From Yuukianura sp. NJ FZ-2021 (taxonomy: Eukaryota), in contig CM102285.1 of NCBI GenBank assembly GCA_046563655.1, forward strand, positions 1,736,001-1,800,000: a stretch of 64,000 nucleotides of DNA, read 5' to 3'. Under the pieces are notes generated by a model, which was given only the letters and a program-made list of their open reading frames with translations, ran no database searches and was not told the origin of the DNA. Shown here one piece after another: positions 52,001 to 64,000 of this stretch (position 1 is the stretch's first letter; the number at the start of each line of letters is the position of its first letter). Position numbers and translations under genes: made by a program.

Positions 52001-55000
52001 TTATCACATCAAATCTAAAAGCTTACTTAAAAAATTAATTCCAGCAACTTACTTCTAAAGTTCAAAAGTTACTTGCGGATTGTCATCACATTTTTAAAAA
52101 TTCAGGAATTTCAAGATTTTCATTTCGGATGCATTTGAACAAGAGTTTTTAAAACAAAAAAAAATCAGTATCTGAAAACAGGGTTTTCTCTTTCCAGAAA
52201 CAAATTTTGTGTCCTCGTAGTTACAAATCCTTCGAATATTGAAAATCGATTAAAAAGCTTGTTAAATTTGTATGTTAGAAATGTTGATATTACACGGTAA
52301 AATTCGGGTTGGTGAAAACTTGAATTTTCTGTTTCACTTTTCCCGCCAAGGTTTTCCATTTTCTTGTGCTTGATTGTTTCCTCGTCAAGTACCAGCAGGA
52401 GAACAACAAAGGAATTGACAAAGAAAGCTGAAAGTTTTTAAAGGAAACTTTCACTTCGACTTTCCCTTTGCACCGTAAAATGTGTAGCGACGACCGTAAA
52501 CTATTGTTTCTCTGCACGACCTCATTTTCTTCTTCCGTCGTCGCAAACTGTGCTGCACGGCTCCTTGGACGAGGTCACACTGTGTGCTCCACGGTCACAA
52601 AGCAGCACGCCGTGACTGTGACCCTAAGCTTCTGTTGGGCTTTAATCCCCAGGCCCTTAGTTTATATCTTTTTACGAACAATTAATTGAGCAATTAACTT
52701 CTCAAAACTTTCACTGTCAGTCACAGCATGAGAGAAAGTTTTTCAAAAAAAAGTTTTGGCTTAACTCCATCCATGTTCCTTTAATGACGTAATACGTTCA
52801 GAAGGAATTTTTTTTTACAGAATTTTGAAAAGAAATTAACTGCTGTTCTTTATATGCTTCAAAATGTCACAACACAAAAATAAATTATACATGGTTGCAA
52901 AAAATTGAAGAGAAAAATTGTTCGAATTTTAAGGTTTTAAATTTTGTGCTTCGAAAACAGCATTTTTGTTGTTCTGTTCTTCTTCTGAGGTTATTTCGTC
53001 ATCTTATAAATAAAATTTCAGTAAATCAGAATTCAGTATGCACATAACAGTTAACCTGTTTGTCATAAATTTTTGTAAAACAAGTTTTTTAAAAAGAATC
53101 ATTGCTGTCAACAGCAAAAGTTGTTAAAGATAATGATTTTTTTATTACACGTCCTTCATTTCTATAATTTTAATTAAATTGCTACTCCCTCCTTTTCTGT
53201 TCCTAAACTTGCAGCTTTTTCAAAAAATTTAAAATTCAAACAACATTATTATTTTAACTTAACTTATTTTAAAAATTAATTAAAATTATTCAATGTTTTA
53301 CTGTTAAAAGAGCCCACACACCCTTTCTTCGGATTATCGCACTTTCTCCATAATAAATAAGGTACATTATCTCCATGTTCTTAAATATTTTTTAGAATTG
53401 TTCTGGCTCAAATTTTCAAAACAAAATTTCCACAAAAGCGCCCAAGTTAGCCACAACTTTTGATCTTATTAACTGTAAATTTCGTACTCATAAATATAGG
53501 AGCAAACTACGCGCCAAATTTAAAGTTACGGTTAAAGTTGAGCTTAAAAGTTAAGGATAAGATTAGGGTTTTAGAGTAAAAGTTAAAATTAAACTTAAAG
53601 CATAGGTTAAAACATTACATGAAATTTTGATTTTGATTAAAACATTACAAAATTTTGACTAACTCTCAAGCCCTACTTGCAATTTCACGACAACACCAAG
53701 AGCCATTTCAAAATTTCGAAATCAAAGTTGAAATAGATTTTCAAAGATTTAAAATATTTGAGAAAGTTGGGACCTACATTTGAATTCTTCAAAAATTTAA
53801 AATTACGCGCTCTCTTATCTCTCTTCTCTTTTTCTTACTGTACACAAATCAATCAATGATTTTTCCGTTTTTTCAATTTTTCTCTCGAAACTGTCGAGGT
53901 AGAGCAAAAAAGCAGGCGCAAAAATATGGCGAAACATTTTTTCTTCTTCCTTTTTTTCAAAAATCTTTTCAAAAGGATTTCTTTTAGGACTTTCGAAAAC
54001 GTTTTGCTTTTTTTTCACTCTCGAAACATTTTTCTTCCTTTCCACAAAACGACACAGAAGAGCACCATTGCAACATGACGATGCATAAATTTCAAATTTT
54101 CAAAAAACTTTAGGTTTCAAAATTTCAAAAAAAAATCTTACCACTTTATTCTATTTTTTTCTCTAATTTTTTTTTTACTATTCAAAAGCATTATCTCCAC
54201 CTCTTCTTTTCCATTTTCTCTTAGAGATCATTTTCTTCAAGTCTCTCTTTTTTTATTTACAATTTTGCACAACTTTTTTTTGCACTTTTTCTAAAATGAC
54301 GATAGGTGATAACAAAATATGCGACAAAAAAGAAATGTTATTGTAGCGGGATATATTGCGAGATCTGTTTGAGGCTGTATGTGTATCGGCGGCTATGGAT
54401 TTTAAATTTAGCGCGTATACGCTCTTCGCGTCAAATTTGAAAATTTACAATATTGTCGTTCATTCGCAAAATCTGAAAGAAACGGCACCTGACTGACTCA
54501 AATTCGGTGGTTTAAAAACTGTTTTCTTTTCTTACAAAACATGAGCAGAACCTCGATTTTACAAATTTTGTGACTAAGCTTTAAAATATAGTTTTTAGAA
54601 AACTTTAGACTGCGGGATTTTTTAAAATAAACGTCTCGGAAGCGGGTGGGAAGTTTTGAATCGCTATGCGTTAGCGGGAAACTTTCCAAACAGGCGGACT
54701 ATATGTACAGATACGCGTTGGCGGGAAAATTTAAATCACACCTACTACCTACTATATACAACTTCGTTTTTGAAAAAAAAGTTCGTCTAAAAAATCGATC
54801 GAAGCTCTCGCATTTTCTTTATAACTCTCCGATTTCCTCTAATGACCCGAGCCACAAAAAGTTGAGCCATTAATATCCTCCGCCCCTCTAAGATTGTCCA
54901 TTAAAATAGCATTTGACATTTCAAATGTCCCGCGCACTCTCTTTTTTCTTTATATAATTTTAGGCTACTTATAGACTTCCTAAACCGTAAAAAGATATCG

Positions 55001-55898
55001 GAAAGAACTATTATTGATCGATGAGATTTTAAGCTTGAAGCAATGGGCGTTTTAGTTGGAGAGAAAGAATAAAGACTTTCTCAATTTCCAAAAAAAGAAT
55101 CATGAAAACTCAAAGCAAAAAGCTTAGACTTTTCCATAATTAACTCCCAGAACAAGCACAAGAGAGGAAAAAATGAATTTGAAACTTTTGCGCCAAAAAA
55201 CTTTTTTATGAAGCTCCAAAATGAACTTTTCAACGATTATTTCATTTGCGAGCCAAAAAATGGTCTTGCGAGATCATACTTCTCTATGCTCCCTTCCAGG
55301 TTCCACCCAACGGCCTCTCTTATTTACATTTTAGACATAATTAACTTAAAGTTTCATTTAAATTAAAGTTTAAATTTCGCTCCTAAACTTATCCTTACAA
55401 ACTCTTAGCAATTACCCAACAAGCGAGATTGACAACTCCGAGCGCTCATTAATTGATTTACTTTTAGGAACTTTGGAAAAAATGGGAATGGATTGTTTGA
55501 ATGCGCAATTCTTGTCTGTGACCTTAACATTTAAACTGAAAAAAGCGCGAAAGAAATTTCAAATTCAACTTTCGACTAACGCGCTCGTATTTCGTATCAT
55601 GCTTTTTCCATAACCCCGATTATTTTTTTCATTTTCCGTTGCCCAAAACCCTAACATGATACATGAAACGGATCTTATCCGAAATGTTGGCCTTCGCGCG
55701 AGACATGCAAACCATAAACAAAAACGCGAGTGAAGAGGGATATGATGTCGAAGATGAAAAATTTCCAAAACAACAACTGTACGTTAGAGACCCATATGCA
55801 TCATGTATCTTTTCAAATCTTTAAAAAATGTTAACATTTCCCTCCGCAATCCATTCTCGTCGTTATGTACATTCCAGACACAACAGCAGTAACGTGTC

Positions 55899-56288
55899 CA
55901 GGGTTCGCCCAACCCCAGTTCCGTACCCCACCCGCTCAAGGTAAAAAAAAATGGCGGGAAATTACAAATGTTGTATTTTTATACTTTAATTCCATAATTT
56001 TCAAAATCAAAAACGGGTAAGTGGATTGGTTAAAAAATCATACTAAATTTTTTACGAAATATTTTCAATTTATATTTCCCCGGTCTAAAGTTCGAAGGAA
56101 TTTGTTAACACTACACAGTTTGTAGTGTTATCATTGCCAGTGTTGCACCCAATTTAGTTAAAATTCGTAATTATTGCCTTATGTAAAAATGCGAAAATAT
56201 TGTGAACCGAATAAAAACTGAAAACCCCGATGGAAATTTGACCACCCGTGTGGGTTTCACTTATAACCCGGGTATTTGGCGAACCCTG
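55899..56288. mobile_element. Possible hAT-like MITE
   Basis: 11-bp TIR cagggttcgcc / ggcgaaccctg with subterminal acccg-type motifs. No target-site duplication is visible. Confidence 0.45.
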
Positions 56289-58565
56289 ATCCTTGAACAG
56301 TTTGTAGCAACGTTAAGTGTACGTCCAGAATCACGACGGACGAGAATGGATCCAAAACGCAAAAAGATGATTACGATAACCCATTCTCCTGAGAAGTGTA
56401 ACTTTGGAATTCATTTTTGGTAAAGCCAACTCTGCATTGTTACTCACGACAAGGTTACCATTACAAGGAGAAGGTGAGGTTTGAAATGACCCTTGACACA
56501 CATTCAATCATTCTCCAAACCAGAAAGTTCAGATTCAAATCAGGATTTTGAAATTTACGCGCCCCGCTTTTCCGCACCACAAAACTCCCGGAAACTGTAA
56601 TTTATCAGTCACAAATGTCCAGACTTTGGCGAAAATTATGTGAGTTCTTATTCGCATACTAATTTTACAACTTTATTTTTGGTAGTTAGAACTTTAGTAA
56701 GTCGGCAATTTAGGTACTCCAAAAAAACTTAAGTTCAGAAAACAAATGCTAATGAAATCCTTAAATGTTAAACTTTTCCAGCCGGTTTTGAATTTTAATA
56801 GAAAGAGCAATGGCGCAAAAATTTGAAATGCAAAAACGTACTTACAGGGCAAACATACACAGTCACTCGGCCTATGTATCTTATTATTGTTCAACTTTTG
56901 AAATCTCATGTTCTTATTATCAACTTTTCGAATTTTACTTCCTAAACCTATTTCAAGATTTTCACGTCGCGCTAAAGTCGCGTGAAATCCAAGTAATCAG
57001 AATAGACTTAAAATTTGGGCTTTCTGTCCTTTTTGATTTCTGTTCTACAGTTTAAAAATCCTAAAAATTTAACAATTTACGCACAGCTTGCGCAAATTTT
57101 TTACTGTTTCATGGCAGTGATCAGCAGAAGGAACCGTTTTTGACATTATAACAAACTGTTTACGTTTGAAGCTGTTTTAATTTCACATTTTTTGCGCGCC
57201 TTGAAGAAAATCAAATTTAAATTTTTAGCAGGAACTAAAACTATGATTCAAAAATGATGGGCTGACACAATAGTTATTTTAAATCATCTAAACAATCAAT
57301 TTCTTAAACAAACAAAAAAGTTTTTCAAATGACTCACTCATTCAAATTACATCTCTCAAATTGGTAAAAGAACAATACCTAAAATTATTGATGTGTCAAT
57401 CAATCATAAACTTAAAAAGACAATAAATGACTCCATGACTCAAAACCAAATTTTTCCATTCCATTTTTGCCATTACCACCCGATGTTTCAAACTTTTTGC
57501 AATTTCAGATGTGACCTTTCACCTATCGCTAAATTCATTTCGCGCTTTGTCAAATTTATCATTGGTGACTCTGCAATTAGCTTACAACATTCATGACACT
57601 ATCCCAATTTCGGCAATTTGAATCAACTTGCAACTCTAAACTTTTATAACTACCCGTTTTGAAATTGAACACTTGAAATTGTTTTGGTTGTTTTTTGAAA
57701 AACTGTTTCAGTCTATATACTATCTGTTCCTGTTTGAATTTTTTGAAAAGTAGAACCAATCTGTTTTTGAAAAAACTGATTTCTGGAAGGATGCTGATTG
57801 TAAAATTATTTGAACCTAAAAACTGACATTGTACGGATATGGCACAAGGTCGAAACTTAACTTTTTAAGAAAATTGAATCACTGCAGAATTGAGTCAGCT
57901 TTTTTTAAGTTTGAAACTTGAACGGCGAAGGTCATTTTTTGCAGTGGAAAATTTAAAATTTAAATTCGCGCGGATTACGTAACCCTCTGCACATTTTAGC
58001 ACGTCTGTCCTAATGTCTGTTAATAATATTACTTTAGCCTTTAACAAATCTTCCCATGACCCATTACAAACACTTAACGCAATGACAGCGCGAAATTGCA
58101 AAAAAAACTCATCGTCTTCAATTAAAGTGACGAATGGGACGCTGTTGTGGCGGTGGCCAATTCTAAATTAAATCCAATCACACTCTGTCTCATGCTCACT
58201 TGAAATTTTTCTGCAAAGAAACATCAACTTATGTCTTAAAATTTCGGGAATTCAAAACTTAACACTTCAAAAATCTAAAACCTAAACTAAAATTAACATT
58301 TAAACTAACTTTACAAAACTAGGTTGATTGAATCAGTTGTTGCAAACAAAGTTCTTGTAGAGGTCAGAGGTCATTATCAAAAATTAAAGAAATTGCGACG
58401 AAACTAAGCGATAAACCCAAGTTTAAACGCGTTTTCAGTTGGACTCGATCTGGAACTGAGGAGATTAAAAATTACGTTGATGCGGCGCAGTAGAAGCGGC
58501 GGAGTGTTGAGATTTGAGTTGTGCGCAGGCAGAAGGAGTGCGCAGTCGTCGAGCCCATCCGTCTA

Positions 58566-58811
<246 letters not shown>

Positions 58812-61800
58812 TTAAAACCTTATCAATCTTTATCATACATAATTCGTATATATTCGTATTTTCGTATATTCGTATATATATATATGGGTATATAATCGAG
58901 ATATTTATTTCAAGGGTTGGCTTCAGGCGGCTCATATGTCTAAAAATCTAATTTCCCGCCATATTCCGAAAATTTGCTCACAGTCAACATGTCGAACTTT
59001 GAATTATGAGCCTTTCTCTTCGTCACGTAATTTCTAACCTCAAAAACCGCTAACAACTGCAACTGTCACTTTGAGACAAAGTGGACCAAAGTGTCTCAAA
59101 AAGTTCGCTAAAGCAACAAACAAAAGAGTGCAGTGCGTTACGAAAATGTCTGCTTTTAGAGTTGGGTCAAGGCCCTTTCCAATTTCAAAATCCTTTTCAC
59201 TTCTCTTCTCTCGGGAAATCAAATTTCAATTTAATTAGAAACAAAGGCCAGTTTCCTTCCTTCTTAAGAAACAAGCAGCTCCCTACAAAAGAACCTTTTG
59301 TCAATTGAATTTAATGACAAACTTATCTTCCAGAAAGTGGTCCAAACAGGGTATCTGGAAAGAACTTCTATACTCCAGACATTTCAATTGGACAACAGCG
59401 CGCCAAAATTCAAAGACACAAAACAGTCATAGCAAAGCAACTTCTGTTCAAACGAGTTCTTAAATCATGATCAACAAAGGGCAAAAACAAAGCAATTGAA
59501 TTCTGGCAGTACCAACTACTGCCATTTCTGTCGGCTGGAAATAAATTTGGTCACAAAAATAAAAAAAAAACTACCAGTCCCAGTTATTTTTTTTAATTTC
59601 AAAATTTACCCGCCTTTCTCCTAAATTTTAAATTTAGGCAAGGGGAAACGGAAGTAAATCCTCAAGTAAGGAAGAAAGTAGAACAACTTTCTTGGCAGCA
59701 AGAGTCGAGGCTTTGTAATGAAATGGTTCCCCAGACTTTGGTCGGATAAGACCCTATTATCATTAAATGTCTCCTCTGTCTCTCCAAAATTCAAACTTTC
59801 CCGCGCTTACAATTCCTGGCGTTTTCAAAGTTTCCATGTCCCTCGAGTGCCGTTAAAAGGCGGAACGGACTTCAACCCAACAGCATTTCATCTGATTCCG
59901 TTCTTCCGTTCCGCATCCATTGTTTTCGGTTATGCAAATTACACTAAAGTTAAGCAAAGAGCACTGAGCCATGGTACATCTTTTAAAAAACCGCGCCAAA
60001 ACATTATTTACTTTCCCGCCAGTCTGTACCCACTTTCCCCAAAACAACAAAACTACTTTCACCTTATTTATGCTTTTACTTAATTGGAATCAATGGATCG
60101 TGGTGTTTCATTTCAAAAACAATCTCTTTCCAAACTCATTCCAAAATTTGAAATTCTAAAAGCACGGAGAAAAAAAACCAATAGAATTTTAGCACTTTCC
60201 AATTGAATTCCACAAAAAAGGAAGCTCGAACTGCAAGAATTTTCAAACTAAAAAGAGAAAGCACGCCGAGTTTGGAATTCTGCTTCTGCTTGAACTTATT
60301 TATTGTTTTCCAGTTGATTTATAGACTATTTCGCACCAGTTTTTTCGCACACGACATTCAATTCCGCTGAATTGGCAAAGACAAAGCTTCTGTTCGTTCA
60401 TCCACTTCGGTCCAAGACGGATCGGGCTGAGATGAGCACACTACTTTCTCCTATAGGAATTGAATTTTTCTGTTCTAAAAACTAAAGAAAACACAGTGGA
60501 AGTGGCTAGTTTCAAACTGCACCTGTAGCCATTCCAATTTCAAAGTTCCATTTTCAAAATCTTTTCCCACCAAAAACATTTGAAACTTTCAAGTTCCATT
60601 TTCAAATCCCTTTTCCCCATAGTAAAAACGGAAATGGAGGTAAAACGGTGAATGACTTTGGAAGAAATGTAATGAAAGTAAATGGTAATGATAGCAACTC
60701 TTGTTCCTTCCGCCCAACTTATCACCGTGACAACCGTTGTTACGTTAGCATCGCCCATAACCAAGATCCAAAAGCTTCAGACCTAAAGAAATGATTTTTT
60801 ATGTCCAGAAAATTTTTGCCACCGAGTGTTGAATTTCTGTTCCAAAAAGTTCAAAAATTGTAAATTTCAAATTTATGGAGAGGAGTTGCACCTTACAAGT
60901 CACAATGCAATGCAAATGCCGAAAAAATTATTTTAGTACAGAAAAAAGGAAAAAAAAATGAATTCAACCAATATTCGGAAACATTCAAGAATTTTAGATC
61001 CTGTTTTTCAGAAGAACGAGCTACGCACTTAAATGCGACCAAGATGGAAAGCGTAAATTTGGATTTTGGCGGTTTCCTTTTTCCATCTCAATTTTTTTTT
61101 AAACGAAAATTCAATTGAACTCGTCCTTTTCAATAACATGGAGTCCAACAAGGGACTTTAGAGTAGGTTGAAGTGCCAAGAAACTCGTTCTATTGTTCCC
61201 GCCGTTCATTCCAGGTCCTAGCTCATGTACACAATAGACCAAGAGAGAGAAAGTTTTTGGCGAACAGTGTAGAATTTATTGAAAGTCATTTTGTTGGCGC
61301 GCGGCTTTTCAAATTCTAAGAAAAATAATAAGAACCTGCTCAGTCCTCTTCAATTGCCAAGAAAATCAAACATGATTTGGGACAGGACCGGCAAATAAAA
61401 AAAATCCACCTAAAGAAAAGACGTTTCTCAAAATTTTTTGGCACTTTTGAAACTCCTCTTTTTTTTCCCGCTTTTTTTGAATTGTCCGTCGGAAATGATT
61501 TGGAAGAAAATTGGACCAGACACCTTGCCTCCTTGTCAGTGATCACAAGGACCAGATAAGAAGGCTGCCAAAAACGCTGATGGTCAGAATCTCTCTTTTT
61601 CCGGGGTTACAAAAAACCTTATTGCAATTTCCGCGCGCCAGTTCAAATTTCGACTAGTGTCAACCGTGTCATAATTTCCGCTCTAAAAGACTCCTCCTTA
61701 CAAGAAACAAAATTGCACATCTCTGCCAAAATCTCAATTCAAAAAAATCTTCTGTCTTAATCTTTTATGTCGTCAAAAATCTTTGTCGTTTTCAGTCCCA

Positions 61801-62042
61801 ACAGACTGTGCACCTCCGACGGAATTTTGTGCAATTTTTATCACTTTTCCCTTTCACTGCCAAAATGTCAAATTTCAAAAGAAACTAGAAGGGAGATAAC
61901 AAAAACTTCTTCAAAAATTCACTTTTAAAAACTACGTACTTCGCAAGCTACGCTAAATTTTTCATTCACATCAGCTTTAAAAAATTTCTCTTTAAGGTGT
62001 GCGGACACCCTGGAAACTGGGGGTCAAAATGCCGCTGTAACA

Positions 62043-62339
62043 CATGAAATGAAAAATGATCTGGGACATCGTAGAAAGGTCGTACAATGACCCACAACAT
62101 ATCAAACTTTAGGAAAAGACTTGATCTAGTTTCTCGCTAAAAAAAATTACAAAGTTTTAGTTCCATCTATGTAAATATGGAGGTGGAATGTTTGGGTCCA
62201 TTTTTTTACAGTTACAACTAAAATTTTGTAATTTTTTTTTAGCGAGAAACTAGATCAAGTCTTTTCCTAAAGTTTGATACATTGTGGGTCACTGTATGAC
62301 ATTCCTACGCTGACCCAGACCGTTTTTCAATTTCAATGT
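62043..62339. repeat. Long inverted repeat (foldback/MITE-like), ~120-bp arms with ~53-nt spacer
   Basis: Arm 62043-62162 pairs with 62216-62339. The inner part atcaaactttaggaaaagacttgatctagtttctcgctaaaaaaaa is perfectly complementary. Confidence 0.85.
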
Positions 62340-64000
62340 CGCAGCCTCAGAAAAATTGTTGACAAAACCCAGACGACGGCAACCGAACTTGTGTCTTGTG
62401 TATTTTGTTTGTTTGAAAGTGCATACTTTTTTTGATCATCTTTGCACTGATCCTTTTTCACCACTCACGAGGGTGTTTCTTTTTGTCGATGTCTGCATCT
62501 TTTACTAACTGCAAAAACTCGGTTATCGTGGTTACTAAATTTAACGATTATTGTTTATTAGACGCATAACACACGTCCTTAAATCTTTGCAATTTTTTTT
62601 TGAAAAAGTATTTTGAATCAAGTATGGAAGGTATATTATCAGCTACATTTGAAGTGAGAAACAATGCCCTATGCTATGCAATGTCCATTTCCGTCCAATC
62701 ATCTTCCTTAAATCAAAATCCAACAATTTTCAAGCACTTCCATCCGCATTTCCTCACGCATTTCACGCTCATCATCTGAAAAAACGCTGTAGGTTCGATC
62801 CCCCGTGTGGTCAAATCCCACCACAACAAAAAAAAACAATTGAAGTCCAATCAATCCATCAATCTGCCTCAGCTAGCTTCAAGCAATCTCAAAACAATTC
62901 TCTCCTTAGAAAAGCTGAACTAAAAAATTCAAACTTCAGTGAACAATAGAAAGCACTGTGGCTTTTCAAAAATATTCGCACCATAATCCTAAATTCAAAA
63001 GTTTCAAATCCCCCAACGCGCAAATCTCTGCCACTGGCTATCTCAACATAACGTTTCAAATTTCAAATCCTCAAAACTCGCGCCATACTTACGCTTATGA
63101 ACATGAACAAAAACATTTTGAAAATGAGAACAGAACCACGCATCGACCGACCGGACGAAAGCAATTGTCATCTCGTTACTTTTGATCCTCGTGCAAAAAT
63201 CTAATCTTATTTTATACGTATGCGCACAAATTGCGAATTCTTCTACATTCTACTCCGCATCTGCGCATACTTCTGCCTGGCAAATCCTCTTAAGCTTTAA
63301 AACCATAATACTTATACCTGATCTTACACAAATTTCATTTGTTATAAAAAACGCTTCCGCACAAGCACCTATTGTTTAAAATTTCCCACTGAAAAAAAAG
63401 TAGATCTGCACTTTAAGCACATTCCCTTTCAATGGAATTTGGTAATGGAAGTAGAACGAGAGTTCAGTAACCACGTAACCATTGAGTAACCATTCATAGT
63501 AACCATGCTCATCCTCATTAACTCAATAGCCTACACTACACTCTCCCTTCCTCATAAAATCATCGTCTTCCCTCTTGCTAGCACTCGTTCCATTGTTGTT
63601 GTTGCGTGCAGAGTTCTGCACATGCGCACAGCTCTCGGCCTCAATCTATTAATAGCCTCAAGACCTCCCAGTGCTCATCAGTCTATTGTTAAGTTATTCT
63701 TGGCATACCGTAATCTATTGTTAGACCCTGAATTCAATTACAAGCCGCACTGGAACGTTTTGAGACTTCCAGCACGGTGCTGACTGGCAGCAACACAATG
63801 ACGATAACGTGCAAAACCAAAAAATTCCTCAAAGGAACGTGCTCTGTGTTTTGATTCTTCGAATAGCCCTGTTGGCATTTACTATTTATAACCTCAAGTC
63901 AAAATACCGTAAACGTTCTGGTAAAACCCCAAAATACTCGAAACGCTTAAAACTCATACACTGCTAACCTAACGGTATTCAAACTGTATCTATCATTATA

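Noticed and set aside
49100-58500. Short ORFs downstream of the MOSPD2 duplicate
   Set aside because: Low-complexity AT-rich translations with no domain or splice chain. Probably intergenic DNA or KLF 3' UTR.
60533-60620. Two-copy ~48-bp tandem duplication
   Set aside because: Ordinary local duplication in intronic DNA with no further structure.

Overview
AT-rich eukaryotic genomic DNA with many GT-AG introns. It is probably from an arthropod, inferred from the arthropod-type NHE C-terminal motif and a luna/KLF6-7-type zinc-finger exon. No prokaryotic features or CRISPR arrays are present. Gene content, with exons spliced by eye: (1) two tandem WS/DGAT-like (HHxxxDG) O-acyltransferase genes on the minus strand, one cut by the window edge; (2) a 16-coding-exon Na+/H+ exchanger (SLC9/NHE) with an apparent alternative terminal exon; (3) a BTB-BACK-Kelch gene whose UGA-C stop is followed by 93 more open codons; (4) a probable decayed pseudogene; (5) MOSPD2 (CRAL-TRIO+MSP+TM), followed by an intact, diverged duplicate of its MSP-TM half; (6) an atypical intron-less tRNA-like gene with a UAU anticodon, antisense in MOSPD2 intron 1; (7) the last exon of a KLF6/7 (luna-like) gene. 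Introns and intergenic DNA hold several MITE/foldback elements, a deleted pogo-like transposon, and eight perfect AGGTCAnAGGTCA (DR1) motifs. Coordinates were read manually and may be off by a few bases. No database searches were run.
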